A stretch of 63,777 nucleotides of DNA, filler included, from Saprolegnia diclina VS20 (GCF_000281045.1; 5 parts of 2 records of this genome joined end to end with filler, not necessarily neighbours in it); one strand, 5' to 3'; numbered from the whole stretch's first letter, positions 11,618 through 24,212 are shown. Notes: generated by a model from the sequence alone, not told the origin. Made by a program: numbers and translations.

Positions 11618-13910
11618 TGGACAATGTGTGTGTGTTGAGAGGAATTGGGAAATGAACAGCAGACAAAAGCTTGAAACGACGACGACGACGACGGAGGGAA
11701 GAAATCGTATGGCTGTCCATTGACTGCCACCAGTTTGTACCAGAGAGAGGGGCAGCCATTTCACTACCTTATATAGCGCCTGATGCCCAGCCACATGGGG
11801 TGATCCAAGCAACTGGTTTGGTCCATGAATTTTGGCTCGGCACAGCCTCCCCGCGAGATTCGCAATTTTCCGTAGAGTGGGATGTTGTCTGCAGTGCAAG
11901 AAGAAGTACTATGCTTCACCGACCGCATGTTGTCCCACGAGACAAATGTGGTTTCTACACACTGTGGTCATGCCCAACATTGGCGCGTTTGGGCCGCACA
12001 CTTGCTCTGGATCCTTATAATAACGCCAAAGCGTTGAACTGAAAAAGTGTATATATCTTTGCAGCTGATCTTAGTACAGTGTAGAGGCTGTCCGTTTCGA
12101 GTGGTCAGCGTGCAGCCGTGCATTTTGGACCATGTCATCACGCCGCCGAGCCCCATTTCGTACAGAAGCCGTTCGACGAAGCGAAAGGCGAGAAAAGGGT
12201 GCTGCTTCGACCGGGTAGCCAGCCACTCGAGAGTGTTTTGAGGCGGCCGTGACAACCTCGACACCACAACGCCGAGTAGAAAATATACGCCCGACTGCGA
12301 TGAGACGGCAGTTGACGCTGGCCGCGTCATGGACGTGTTGAATAGTTCACAACCAGAGACAAAACTTGTGACCACACATCACGTGTGAGAGAAAACAAGC
12401 CATCAGACATGTTCGCAGTTTGTTGACTCTCAATTTTCAACATGATCACAAGTTTTGAGCTTTAGCCCCGCTTGCATTTTGATGCGCATCAGCCTTGCCG
12501 AGCACAAATCACGAGGCGCCAATCTACCATGTACTTGTGGCGCCGACCATTGCACTCATACACAGTAGTCTCGGTACCGATATCGGTCGATCCTTGTGGC
12601 TTTCTTCCGATGGCCATTGAAGAACTCGACTGCCGCCTTAAATTTTACGCATCAAGCTTTCAAGCATTTTGGCCAGCACGGCGATGATCGCACCAGAGAA
12701 ATAAGCGAAAACATGTCGCTTCAAGGAAGTGTTCTTGAAGTGCCCCTTGCTTCGCAGATAGGGCGGGTGGACCAAATTTCCAAAACGCTCAAGTCCCACC
12801 AGCTATCATTGGCCGCACGGTTGCGGATCCATCGCGCCTCGGCGCCACAAGCTCGCTTTTATGCTGCCATCTACGCTACGCAGCGCGTAAACCAGGTCAA
12901 GTGATTGTAGACATGGCCGCCTTGTCTACGAGGTCGTTTCTTTGCTTCTTGAAACCACAGTACTCGGCATGCAGCGTGACTTATGTGCTTCCAAGGACGA
13001 TCATCCTGCATCAACATACACATCTCGAGCTGCTGCAGCGGTCGACCGACTCGTCGCAATCAACTACGTTTGCGATCGTCACTTGGCTGCTTCTGACGCG
13101 GTCATCCGGGCGACCATCCATCGATCATGGTCAAAGTACACCCCTTGACGCGCTGTGAACCCTCGACGCTGCCCTTGTCAGTGCCGTCCCTGCGCTCGCC
13201 AAGCAGCCGTTGCGATACGCGTCAACACATGTTGCCTCGAGTAGACAGCGCGCCAATCACAGCATTTTGAGCGACCGACGCACCCGGAAGGTGGGATCCA
13301 GATACGTGGGACTGATTGAACACTAATGCAAGCATCGCATGGCGTCTTCGCCTGCGCTCACTTTCGGATGCTCAAATCGCCTCTCTGGCGGCCGCTTCCG
13401 ACAAATCTACATTGAGCTGCAAAGAAGGACCGGATGACCGCTGGCATTGGATGTACCTACCCCGAAGAACATGGCGCGCACGACCGTGCATCCTAGGTTC
13501 AACGCCACGCGCGTGGTGCAAAGACGCTCTCCAAACGAGGTTGTCTGCACTTGGCGTGGCCCATGTGGCACCAACCATCTAGATAGCGTCCGCAACCACA
13601 CGTCCACAGAGACGCTGCTGGTTCACACCATCCGTCCTGGTCGATCGACAGGTATATATAAACTCGCAGTAGTTATGATGTTGCGGAATAATCCGTGCCT
13701 CTTTTGGTCTTGTGTGTGGAAAGCACCTTGTACGAGATCGTCTGGAGAGACCAAGTGGTCGCGCGACATGCCGCACGCTCCAGAGGTGTAACACGCCGAT
13801 CGTAACAAACCCCAAGTTATATAACACACTCCACGACGTTGCCGACGCAACTGCTACTGCGCCGACGGAACTCGGGTCATTTGCTCTTTTGCACAGCACG
13901 ACCTACCACA

Positions 13911-14393
13911 ATGCTTGCCGACATGTTCGACCCGATCCCATACGCGACGACGACGGCGCTCAAGACCGAGGCGTTCGATACGTACGAGCTCGACGAGCTC
14001 ATCCAGCACACGAGCTTCATCGACGACGCCCAGGCCTACTATCCGTCGTACCCGCACCACTACATGCAAGCTGCGTATACGCCTTTCCAAGCCATCAGCT
14101 ACCAGTGCTTGCCCGTCCCGCTCACCCGCACGACGACCGAAATGAGCGATTCGAGCGCGTGCACCGACCACGACCAGTACTGCCCACCGCGAAAGCTCTG
14201 CGCCATCTTTGGCTGCCACCGCAACGTGCGCTCCAAGGGCTTTTGCAAGCGCCACGGCGGCGGCAAGCAGTGCTGCATGCACGGCTGCGTCAAGGAAGCC
14301 CAGAACGGCAACTACTGCATCGGCCACGGCGGTGGCAAGTGCTGCAAGATCGACGGCTGCTCCAACGCCGCGCAGTCCCAAGGTCTCTGCAAG
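13911..14393 (+). CDS. HGGG zinc-ribbon repeat protein, copy B (3' end truncated by gap)
   Basis: MLADMFDPIPY...GCHRNVRSKGFCKRHGGGKQC... The repeat region is identical to copy A and runs into the N gap. Confidence 0.85.
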
Positions 14394-14493
14394 NNNNNNN
14401 NNNNNNNNNNNNNNNNNNNNNNNNNNNNNNNNNNNNNTTAATTAATTAANNNNNNNNNNNNNNNNNNNNNNNNNNNNNNNNNNNNNNNNNNNN
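14394..14493. other. Artificial contig spacer (N44-TTAATTAATTAA-N44)
   Basis: Exactly 100 nt with a six-frame stop linker; the same construct occurs at four positions. Confidence 0.98.
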
Positions 14494-14537
14494 CATGCGG
14501 CTCCATGGACACGCCTCATGCCCCGTGCCATGCGTAG

Positions 14538-15524
14538 ATCGCAATGATCCAGCTGCCGAGCTTGCCACCTTCGACGACAGAATCCCCCGACGCAGTCCGC
14601 GAGCGCAAGCTGGCGCGTACGTTGCACGAAGGCTGCACCATAGACGTACTTAGCTTGTGCGTAGGCGACGTCTTGGAGAGCGCGGCCATCATGAGCATCC
14701 ATCAGGAAGACATGGCCGGCTTTGAGCGCAACATGACGCAGCTCAAGGTGTACTACAACTCGTATGGGTACGTCTATGGAGCGTGCATGCAACGGTAAGC
14801 TCATCTCTGATAGCGCGCAACTGCCGGCGTCGAACCTCCAGTACCCGCTCATGGGCACGCGGCTCTTGCACTTGCTTGTGGAAAACCGCATGGCCGAGTT
14901 CCATGGCGAGGTGCATGCGTCTCGATTCGCGCAATCCTTACACCTTGCATAGCTCGAGATTCTGCCGGTGCACGGCCGCAATGACGCGAACATTGCGTTT
15001 GCGATGCAACTCGAACAGTACCTTATGGAAGGCAGCTACAACAAGGTGGTCCCACTGCGCAGCGTCGATCGCATACGCTCATCGTAGCCTAGGTCCTAGA
15101 GGCGCGCACGAACGAGCCCAACCCGTATTTCAAGTTTTTCATGGCGCAGCTGCTCCAAACCGTCCGGTACGCACCTCGACTCGGCTGCCATATTCTCATG
15201 CGCCTCCTCTGTGCATTGCAGCGACGCGATTGCCGATTGCGCCGAAGTCGCGTACGCGTCGCTCGACGTGGCCGACGCGGCCAAGATGATGATGTTTGCG
15301 TCGCCGCACGAGTTTGCGGCGTATGCGTCGACGAAGAAGCCGCAGTGGATCCTCAAGGACAACAATGTGTGGTTCCACGCACCGCAAAAGCACCTCGGGT
15401 ACGTTGTCTTATTGCTGGTTTCTCATCGTACTTATTGCATGCCTCCAGCGCGTCCGACATTCCGTCCATGCGCTTGGTCGGCGAGACGCTGTCGTACGCG
15501 ACCGAGCTGGACCGCATCGTCTAA
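14538..15524 (+). CDS. RPN12: 26S proteasome regulatory subunit Rpn12/PSMD8 (5' partial, multi-exon)
   Basis: Spliced peptides FERNMTQLKVYY, LLHLLVENRMAEFHGELE, LEQYLMEGSYNKV, LLQTVRDAIADCAEVAYASL and C-terminal LSYATELDRIV. Confidence 0.93.
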
Positions 15525-15600
15525 GCCCTTGCTACCACGTAATACATAGTACCTTGATGGTGCACGATTTGCGACCCTGCTGGACCCGTCACGACACCTA

Positions 15601-17278
15601 ATGGCCGAGAGCTGCTGTCGCCGCGCTGGCTCGACGCGGGCCATTTGGGCGCTGGCTCAACGCGCGCCGTTTGGGCGTTGGCTCGTGCTCGGAACCGAGC
15701 CAAGCCGAGGAACGGTGCCCCCGACTCGGTCGAGCATCATACAAACAGTGCATGAGATCAAACAGAGTTTGCAGTGGATGGACTAAGAATAGATGGACGC
15801 TCGCCAGTAGCAACGTTGCAGAGTTTCGGATGCCTCGTCCGAGCACGAGCCCACGCCGGCATGCGACGACGAGCCCACGCCGGCATGCGACGACCAGCCC
15901 CCGCGTGCAATCGACGATCGATGCCATCGTAGCAGCGCCGCCACTGCCATTGCCGCCGCCGACATCCACCGTCCTCGGCGTCGCCTGTCCGCCCGACATG
16001 GCCATCGATGTCGATGGCCATCGGCGCGTGCTCTCGTCGTCGCATGGCGACAGCGTCCTCACGCATATCAACGCGGTGGACGTCGGCACCTTGTCGCTGC
16101 GCGAGCTCGAGGCCGTGCTGGCGCGGACCCGGCACGTCGCCCGCACACTGCTTCTGGCGCCGCCCACGCGGGTCCTCACGATCCACGGGTGCTTTGGCAA
16201 CGACAAGGCGCCTACAACCACCTATGTGCCCGTGCCGGTGCAGGTCGTCGACGTGAGCTGCGGTGCGCACCACCTCTTGCTGCGGACGCGGTGCGGGGAC
16301 GTGTTTGCCTACGGGCGCGGCGAGAGCGGACGGCTCGGGCTCGGCGATACGATGTCGCAGACGACGCCAACGCGCATCTCGACGCTGCCGACGGCGCTCG
16401 GTGTCGCGTGCGGGCGCGACCACTCGGTGGTTGTCTGCACGGACGGACGCGCGTTTGCGTTTGGGTGGGGCGAGGGCGGGCGCCTCGGGCTCGGCATAGA
16501 CGCTGGCGACGTGCTCACGCCGACGCGCGTCCTTCCGGCCAAGGACACGACAGAGGATGGTTACTACGTGGTCGGCGCCGGGCGCGAGTCGACGCTGCTC
16601 GTGTCCCACTCCGGCCAGCTCTTCTTTTGCGGCGTCCAGCACCTCGTCGGCGAGAACGGCCAAGAGACGACGCAACTGCATTTGCGTCCGTCGCCCGTGA
16701 CCTGCGCCGCGCTCGACAAAGCGGTCATTGCGTCCGTCAAAGCCGGCGATGCGCACTACATGCTGCTCACGACCGCCGGCGACGTGTATACGTGGGGGCT
16801 TGGCGCGTCTGGGGCGCTTGGCACTGGCACCTATACCACCATCGTACATAGTACTCTTGTCGCATTGGTGTCACCAGTAGCGTAGAATACCCCGACGCGC
16901 GTCGTCGGGTTGCCCAAGGTGACCAAGATCGCGGCCGGGCCGTGGCAGGCGGCGGCCGTCGCCAAAGGAGCCGCGTACGTCTGGGGCGACGGGCTGGACT
17001 GTCGTCCCACACAAGAGTCGTGCGTCCAAGCCCCGATTGGTGACGTTGCTTGCACGACGACGACCACGTTCGTCGTCGCACACGGTGTGGTGCATGCGAT
17101 GCCACGTGGCATGCTGCCGCCAGCGCTGCCCTCGTCGCCACTGCTATGTACATTCCGCGGACTAGAGGACAGGATCTCATGTGCGCTGTCGGTGCTAGTG
17201 GCTGGTGGCGGCGACTACGTGTGCTACCTGCAAGACTCAGCACGCGACGAGACAACGACGCAGGACGTAGTTGGTTGA
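15601..17278 (+). CDS. RCC1-repeat protein (start uncertain)
   Basis: Repeats VSCGAHH..GDVFAYGRGESGRLGLG, VACGRDHS..FAFGWGEGGRLGLG and VKAGDAH..GDVYTWGLGASGALGTG; in-phase intron at 16844-16885. Confidence 0.82.
15845..15903 (+). repeat. 24-bp tandem repeat (about 2.5 copies) encoding TSPRRHAT
   Basis: gagcccacgccggcatgcgacgac occurs twice, plus a partial third copy. Confidence 0.8.
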
Positions 17279-17309
17279 TCATATCTAAGACACGCACACA
17301 ATGACCAAC

Positions 17310-18211
17310 CTACTCGACGTGCGTTGAAGCATCGTGGGTGTCCCCGACGTCGCTGGGCAGGCCACGATGGGGCGCGTCGTCCGAGTCCGAGTCGGAATCG
17401 GACTCCGAGTTGGAGACGTCGTCGGTCGCGCCCGTGTCGGCGGCCTTTCCGAGGTGGTAGCTCGCTCGGTATGCCTCTTGCTGGCGCCGGCGCGCGGCCT
17501 CGCGGTTCATTTCCTGGTGCGCATGGTGCCAGCGCTTGAAGAATTTGATCGAGAGGAAGAGCGAGAGGATCGTGCCGAGGATCACGACCAGCACAAACTC
17601 GGTCGGCTCGGACGACTGCTCCTGGAAGATGCGGAAGAGCGCGTCCGAGACCTTCTCGGCCGGCTCGGGTTCGCCGTACGTGTCGGGGACCGACCCGTCA
17701 AAGCAGTCCTTGCCCTCGGCGTCGGTGGCCTTGCCCGGCGTGTAGCCCATGTGGCGGCAAAAGGCCGCGCCCCTACAGGCACCGATAGGATGCATACTTC
17801 ATCGCGCCGTCGTACGTACGTGGTCACAATGTCCTTGAGCGGCGAGCAGACGAGCGCGTTGCCGTAGCACGGCGCGAGGCGGTGGTGCTCGGCCATGTAA
17901 AACTCGTCCTTGCACGCGTCAAACCAGTCGTCGCAGAGGTCGATGCAGATGCGGTCGATGGCGCCGGCGCCGACAAGCGGGTGGCACGCCGAGCACGTGA
18001 GCTCTTCCGAGAGCGACTGGCAGCGGCGGTTGACGTTGGCGACGAGCGGTTCGAGCACGAGCCGCTTCAACGGCAGGTTGTGCGTCGCGTTGCAGCACGA
18101 GTGCTTCCAGTACTTGCCGCAGTGCTCTAGCGCGCCCTGGCGCTGCAGGCGCGGCGGCTCGGACGCGTCGAACTTGAGGCCGCCCGTACTGCGGCAGCGG
18201 GCATCGGCCAT
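17310..18211 (-). CDS. Folate-receptor-family Cys-rich protein with C-terminal TM helix (2 exons)
   Basis: Cys pattern CGKYWKHSCC...CSACHP...ICIDLCDDWFDACKDEFY...CSPL...FC...CFDG; intron about 17773-17819; TM FVLVVILGTILSLFLSI followed by an acidic tail. Confidence 0.75.
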
Positions 18212-18483
18212 GGCTCTCGAATCAATTGGTCCCAGCTGGTTTTTGACGGGCCATTGTAATTTTATTTTCGTCTTGGCTACAGTATGCGGGCAAGCTTGCC
18301 ACGTGGTCACGACGCCCGCGCCGCCACCGCGCCGGCGTCCGCGGCCACGGCGCAAGCGAGGACGATCGACAACGAGGCAGTCAAGGTACGTGGTGGGGGC
18401 TGGGCGACGCCTTGGCGCGGCGCGCTACCAGCACTGTGGAACGTTTTCCGGATACGCATGCGGATTGCGTATCTTGGACGGGC

Positions 18484-21400
18484 ATGAGCAGTCCGCCGCC
18501 ACCTCGACCGAGCGGTGCGCCGCCGCCACGGCCCGCAGGCGCACCACCGCCACGACCGAGCGGTACACCACCGCCAAGACCCATGGGTGCACCACCACGA
18601 CCAGATGCACCACCGCCACGGCCTGGTATACCGCCACCACGACCTGGTATGCCTCCACCACGCCCAGATGCACCGCCACCACGTCCTGGCGGCTCACCGC
18701 CGCGACCAGCAGGTGGCCCGCCTCCCCGCCCGGACGCACCGCCGCCACGCTCTGGTGTACCGCCACCGCGACCTAGTGCGGCGTTCGATGGCGCGTCGTC
18801 GCCGCCAAAGCCCGGTGCGCCGCCACCTCCAAAGCCGAGTGCCCCACCGCCATCAGAGCTCTCACCGCCCAAGCCTAGCGGTGCGCCTCCTGTGCCAAAG
18901 GCACCAAACTCCGAAGTGAGCGCGCCACAGCCAAAGGCGCCATCGCCACCCAAGGTCGAACCTCCGCAGCCAATGCCGGCACAGGTTGAGTCGATGCCAG
19001 CGAGCGAGTCCGCGCCATCAGCCGTCGCGAGTGGTCCTCCAAAACCCATCGTAGCTCGTGCTCCACCGCCTGGTGCACCGCCACCGACAAATGTTGTAGC
19101 ACCTGCATCGTCATCGATCGGTCCACCCCCGGGAGCCCCTCCATCGTCTGTGATTGGTCCTCCTCCAGGTGCCCCTCCAGCGTCGACAAGTCCGATCAAG
19201 CCACCGCCGGGCGCACCGCCGATCAAACCACCGCCGGGTGCGCCGCCGGTCAAGCCACCACCGGGCGCGCCGCCAGTCAAGCCTCCGCCGGGCGCACCAC
19301 TCGGAGCACCGCCGGGTCCACCGCCAGGTGCACCACCAGGACCACCGCCAAATGCACCACCCGGACCACCTGCTGGAGTGCCACCGGGCCCCCCACCGGG
19401 AGCGCCGCCAGGACCACCACCAGGAGCGCCACCCGGTCCACCGCTGACGGCACCTCCGGGGCTACCGCTCGGACCCGTCGGTGCAGGGGCGGCGCCAGGG
19501 GCCGAGCTGAGTGCGAGCTCGGTGGAGGCTCAAGCGCACGTGGAGCGTCAGCTTCGGAAAGGGCGCATGCGATTTACGCTCCTCGAAGCGCGGGGCCTCT
19601 CGCGCGCCAAGAACTCGGACGCCAAGTTCAAGGCCGATGTCTACTGCAAACTGAAAGTGGGCGCGCACGCCAAGGGCATGAAGGAGCTCAAGTCGAAAGT
19701 TTGGAAAAAGGCTGGTCGGGACGTCGGGTTCCTTGAGGAGCTGCTCCAAGTCAACTTGGAGTCGCCGTCGCTCCTGGTGCACACGAACGATGTGCTTTTG
19801 ACGGTATATGCTCGTTGGTCTTGTGGGATTTGAAGTCACTCATGTCGAGTAGGTGGAGCTATGGGACGAAAATATGATTTCGGACGAGCTCCTCGGGTAT
19901 GCCAACGTGTCGCTGCTCCGATTCTTTGACGGCCACGAGCACAAGGAGACGATTCCGCTCTTGCACATGAAGACCGGGATGCCCGCGGGTGAGCTCGACA
20001 TTGCCTTTTGGTATCGTACAAGATATTCGATTTTTCCTATATTCACCACCGAATATCGATGTAGCCTGCGCATTGCGACCCCGGGCTTGCTCAGCTTTAT
20101 CCTCATGGAAGGCCGGAAGCTCAAAAACATGGAGCTCATCGGGAAGCAAGATCCGTACATCAAGCTCGAGCACGACAGCCGCATGAAGCGCTCGAAGACG
20201 ATTGATAAAGGCGGTACAAACCCGTACTTTGGCGAAGAAGAAATTTGCTTTTGGATCACGGCCGACTCGTGGGTCCATGATGTGATTGTGCGCTGTTACG
20301 ACGAAGACGTGGGGAGCGACGACTTTATCGGCGAAAGCGCGCTCAGTGTCCTCGAGCCAATGCGAACCCTTGGCGTTCACGACGTGGTGCTGCCGCTCCT
20401 CAATAGCGGCAAGTCGGCCGGTGAAATCCTCATGAAAATTCAATTCTACCCCGCGGGCCGGCTCTCGCTCAACTGCATTGCGGGTCGTCGTCTCCGGTAC
20501 TTGCGATGTATATGAAAAACACGATGCATCGGGTGTAGGGACGTCGACTCGGTCGGACAGCAAGACCCGTACGTCAAGATGACACTGGAAGGCGTCGGGA
20601 TCAAGACCGTCGTCCGCACCGAGATCGACATGGACGGCGGTGTCGAGCCCGAGTGGAACCAGCGCTTTGAGTTTGACGTCGTCGACCAGTTTACATTAGC
20701 GGTCGAGTGCTGGGACCACGATGGCCTGGGCGAAGACGACCTCATCGGTACATCGATTGCAGAGATGACAATTTTTATGACCTTGGATCGTAGGAGAAAT
20801 GAGCTTTTCGCTGCTGCCCATCTTTCGCTACGGCTATCTCGATGAGTGGTACCCGCTCCGCTTCAAAGGCAAGTATGGTGCCAACGAGAAGGCGGGCGAG
20901 CTCCATTTTGAGCTCTCGTTCGTCGCGCCTGCCGACAGCATTGGGTACCCCCAGCACCAAGTCCGTTCGATACGACATATTTTCATTATGTGGCAACAAT
21001 ATGTCTAGATTGGTATGGATACATTTGACGGGAAAGAGCGCTTGACCAAAGAGACGGCGCACTTGCGGGCGGCCGCGAATATCACGCCGCTTGATGTGGC
21101 CCCCGTCACGTACTCGAAAGCGATTCAAGACGCCAAAAATTACGTTGGCGACGACAAGTATGTACATATATTATTCGATTCGTCTTGTTTATATAGAATC
21201 GAATGTGTAGCACGTCGGAATTTTCCGAAGCCGAGATCCTCAGCGCGTTCAAATTTATCGATTTGGACAAAAACGCGTTCATTGGCGCGGCTGAGATTCG
21301 ACACATTTTGATTTGCATGGGCGAGCTCATCACGGACGCCGAAGTCGACATGATGGTCAAGATGGTCGACCGCGACGGCGACGGACAAGTGTCGTTTGAA

Positions 21401-22200
21401 GAGTTTCGAAAGCTCGTCATTCACCCGGATCCGGGCGACCCGTCGTTCGACAAGGTGGCCGAGGCCGCGCCGGTCGAGGTTGTACACATTGTCAGTTGCG
21501 AGGACGCCAATTTATATTTGAAGATACGTAGGTCGCGGCCAAGACCGAGATCGTCTCGGAAGAAGACCGACGCCGCGACATGGAAACCAAAATGCACAAA
21601 AAGGTACATTTTCGAGCATTTCGATGCTTTTTGATCGGTGAAAATTGTGGGAATTGGACACTATATTTGTAGGCACTTTTGGACAAATTCATTGCCGACA
21701 ACAATGTCAACTTGGACATGCTCCGCCGCGTCTTTGGCCGCTTCCTCAAGTCGGAGAAGCAAGGATTGAGCTTTGAAGACTTTTACACGCTGTTTGAAGT
21801 CGAGCCGACGGGCGAGTACCGCAAGCTGCACGCGTTGTACGCTGGCACGCAGCTCGCCGACATTCGCGACATTCTGTTGGGTAAATGTCGATTGCCATGT
21901 ATCTTTCATGTAGAAACCTATGCATTAGGCATGAGCAACTTGCTCGACATTGAGAAGAGTATGAAGGCGCAGTTCTGCTTCGAGATTTACGACGATGACC
22001 ACAATGGCTACATCACGGAGAACGAGCTCGTGAACATTCTCAAGGCGACGCACATGACGACCGAGGCCCAAGTGCAGAAGAAGGCCAAGACGATCCTGCG
22101 GCAGTGCGACGGCGACGGCGACTGCAAGATCGATCTCAACGAGTTTTACCTCATTTCCAAAAAGTTCCCCAACATCCTCTTCCCGTCCTTTAGCACCTAA
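18484..22200 (+). CDS. Polyproline + three C2 domains + multiple EF-hand Ca2+-binding protein (multi-exon)
   Basis: About 330 aa of PPPRPxG and PPGAPP repeats; C2 motifs DVYCKL..ELWDENMISDELLG, KQDPYIKL..CYDEDVGSDDFIG and QQDPYVKM..CWDHDGLGEDDLIG; EF loops DLDKNAFIGAAE, DRDGDGQVSFEE, DDDHNGYITENE and DGDGDCKIDLNE. Confidence 0.88.
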
Positions 22201-22366
22201 GACTCCCAACATGATTTCATTGTCGAACCCGAGTTGGCCTTCTGTCGTATCCAGACCACTGGCTTCTCGAGTAGCTTTGGTGATCGTCTGCGGCGAATCC
22301 TGCGACACCCTACACAGCGTCGTCGCACGCAACCCGGCACTCTTGCCAGTCTTGCGCATTGCCGTT

Positions 22367-22438
22367 GATAGACAGATAGGTAGCGAGCTAGATAGATAGC
22401 TAGTAGATAGATAGCTAGATAGATAGCTAGATAGATAA
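22367..22438 (+). repeat. Imperfect (GATA)n / (CTAGATAGATAG)n microsatellite
   Basis: gctagatagatagctagtagatagatagctagatagatagctagatagata. Confidence 0.85.
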
Positions 22439-22796
22439 ATATGTACACATTAAACACGCCACCGACCAAGGTTTACGAGCTATAGAAGTCGTGTGCATCG
22501 AACGTCGTCGGAAATTGAGAGCTTGTCCACGCACTGGCGTTCTTCTTAAAGAAGTAACTGCTAGGTAGTACAATATAGTCCACTGGGACCCTGACCCTAG
22601 CACGGCAACACGAACGCCATTGTGAAAACACTCACACACAAAGGACGCTACGCACCCTTGTTCGATCCAAGGATGCTGCCGCGTCCACACCGTCTCTATT
22701 ACAGATGCTACGACCGACGTGTATCATTCTCTACTGGTATATTTTGTCGTCGTCGTCGTTCTTCTTCTTCTTGGTCGTATACGCGATATCGCGTCG

Positions 22797-24212
22797 TTAG
22801 TACATGTGGCCATTCTGGTTGCTGGGCTGGCGCTTGAAGACTGTCGAGAGGAACTTGAGCCGGAGCTTCTCAAAGCCGTTGGCGCCTTTCGCCTTGCCCG
22901 TCATCGCGTCGCGGTCCGTCGAGTAGACCTGAGCGTGTTCGTCCACAAACGAGCTATAGTCGAGGACCGGCATGATCTTGTACTGCACGCGGGGCGCCAA
23001 GTGCAGCATGGCGACCCGTGCGAGCCGCTGCAGGCTGTTGACGTCGACCGTCGCGTGCGTTCGAGGCGCCGTGTCCATGACAAAGACGGTCCCGATCACG
23101 TGCTCGTCCGGCGTGTAAATGGGCACAGCGGCGAAGAACCGAATGCGACTGCCGCTACGGACGAGCGGGTTCTTGCGGAAGCGCGTGTCCTCGAGCGTAT
23201 CGACAACGACCGTTGTCTTGCGGGCGGCGATCGTGTGCGCGCAAAACGTCGCGACGTGGCCAAGGTCGACGTTGCCGACGTGCGCTTTGAACCACTGCTT
23301 GTCATCGTCAATGAGGCTGACGCCGGCCACGCTGCAGTGCAGCAGCTGCGTCGCGAGCGAGCAAACCCGGTCAAAGATGACCTCGGGCGGCGTGTCGAGG
23401 ATGTCGAGCAGCCGCATGGCTTCGCGCCGGGCGTCGTACTCGTCGGCCGGCGACCGGTCCATCATCATCGCTGGATGGTGGCCCGATGTGGTGGGGCGCG
23501 GCACCGATGTTGTCCGCGGCTGCGCCTGCGAGCGCGACCGCGCCGGCCGTGCGCGCTGCATCGACTGCTTCCGGTCGTCGAGGTGGTTCATTGCCATGCG
23601 CGCGAGCTTCTTGAGCACTTGGGTGTCGCACGACGTCTGTGGCCGGTGGCCGTAGACAAACACCGTGCCGAGCACCGTGCCGTTGCCATTGACGATCGGG
23701 GCCCCAGCGTAAAACTGAATGTTGGCCGGGCCCGTGACCAACGGGTTTTGATAAAAGCGCTTGTCGAGCGACGTGTCGAGGACGACGAGCGGCTTGGTCG
23801 ACGCGATCGTGTGCGCACAGAACGCCACGTTGCGCGGGATGACGGTCTGCGCGAGGCCGATGCTGGCCTTGCACCACTGGCGGTGCTTGTCGATGAGGCT
23901 CACGCCGCCGATCGGGCACCGCAGCGCCTTGGTGGCCATCGACACAAGAACGTCAAAGACGTGCTCGTTGGGCGTGTCGAGGATCCCGTAGCTCTCGAGC
24001 TCCATGACGCGGTCGTCGTCGTTGGGGAGCATTGGTGGCGGCGCCCACGGAAAGTGCCACGCCGTCGACGCCTCGTCGATGGATGCGGCCGCCGGGTAGT
24101 ACGAGTAGTGTTCGCTCTTCTGGAGGTCGTCCGAGTAGTGGATCGACGAGTCTTCGTTCGAGATCTTGCGCGGCGGCGACTGCGGCGACACCATCTCGGC
24201 CATCGGTAGCAT
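22797..24212 (-). CDS. Intronless protein with two tandem GAF domains and no output domain
   Basis: Two copies of (Y/L)xILDTP.E..FD....A......GVSLID...QW.KA..G...FCAHTI...VV.DT..D.RF..NPLV....I.F.A..P......GTVFV. Confidence 0.88.
   Translation of the reverse strand: MLPMAEMVSPQSPPRKISNEDSSIHYSDDLQKSEHYSYYPAAASIDEASTAWHFPWAPPPMLPNDDDRVMELESYGILDTPNEHVFDVLVSMATKALRCPIGGVSLIDKHRQWCKASIGLAQTVIPRNVAFCAHTIASTKPLVVLDTSLDKRFYQNPLVTGPANIQFYAGAPIVNGNGTVLGTVFVYGHRPQTSCDTQVLKKLARMAMNHLDDRKQSMQRARPARSRSQAQPRTTSVPRPTTSGHHPAMMMDRSPADEYDARREAMRLLDILDTPPEVIFDRVCSLATQLLHCSVAGVSLIDDDKQWFKAHVGNVDLGHVATFCAHTIAARKTTVVVDTLEDTRFRKNPLVRSGSRIRFFAAVPIYTPDEHVIGTVFVMDTAPRTHATVDVNSLQRLARVAMLHLAPRVQYKIMPVLDYSSFVDEHAQVYSTDRDAMTGKAKGANGFEKLRLKFLSTVFKRQPSNQNGHMY

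Noticed and set aside
11900..13800. Short ORFs between the two HGGG-repeat genes
   Set aside because: No coding bias or motifs; likely regulatory intergenic DNA.
14438..14449. Recurrent palindromic TTAATTAATTAA (also near 39675, 61081 and 62227)
   Set aside because: Always centred in exactly 100 nt of N padding; an assembly linker with stops in all frames, not biology.
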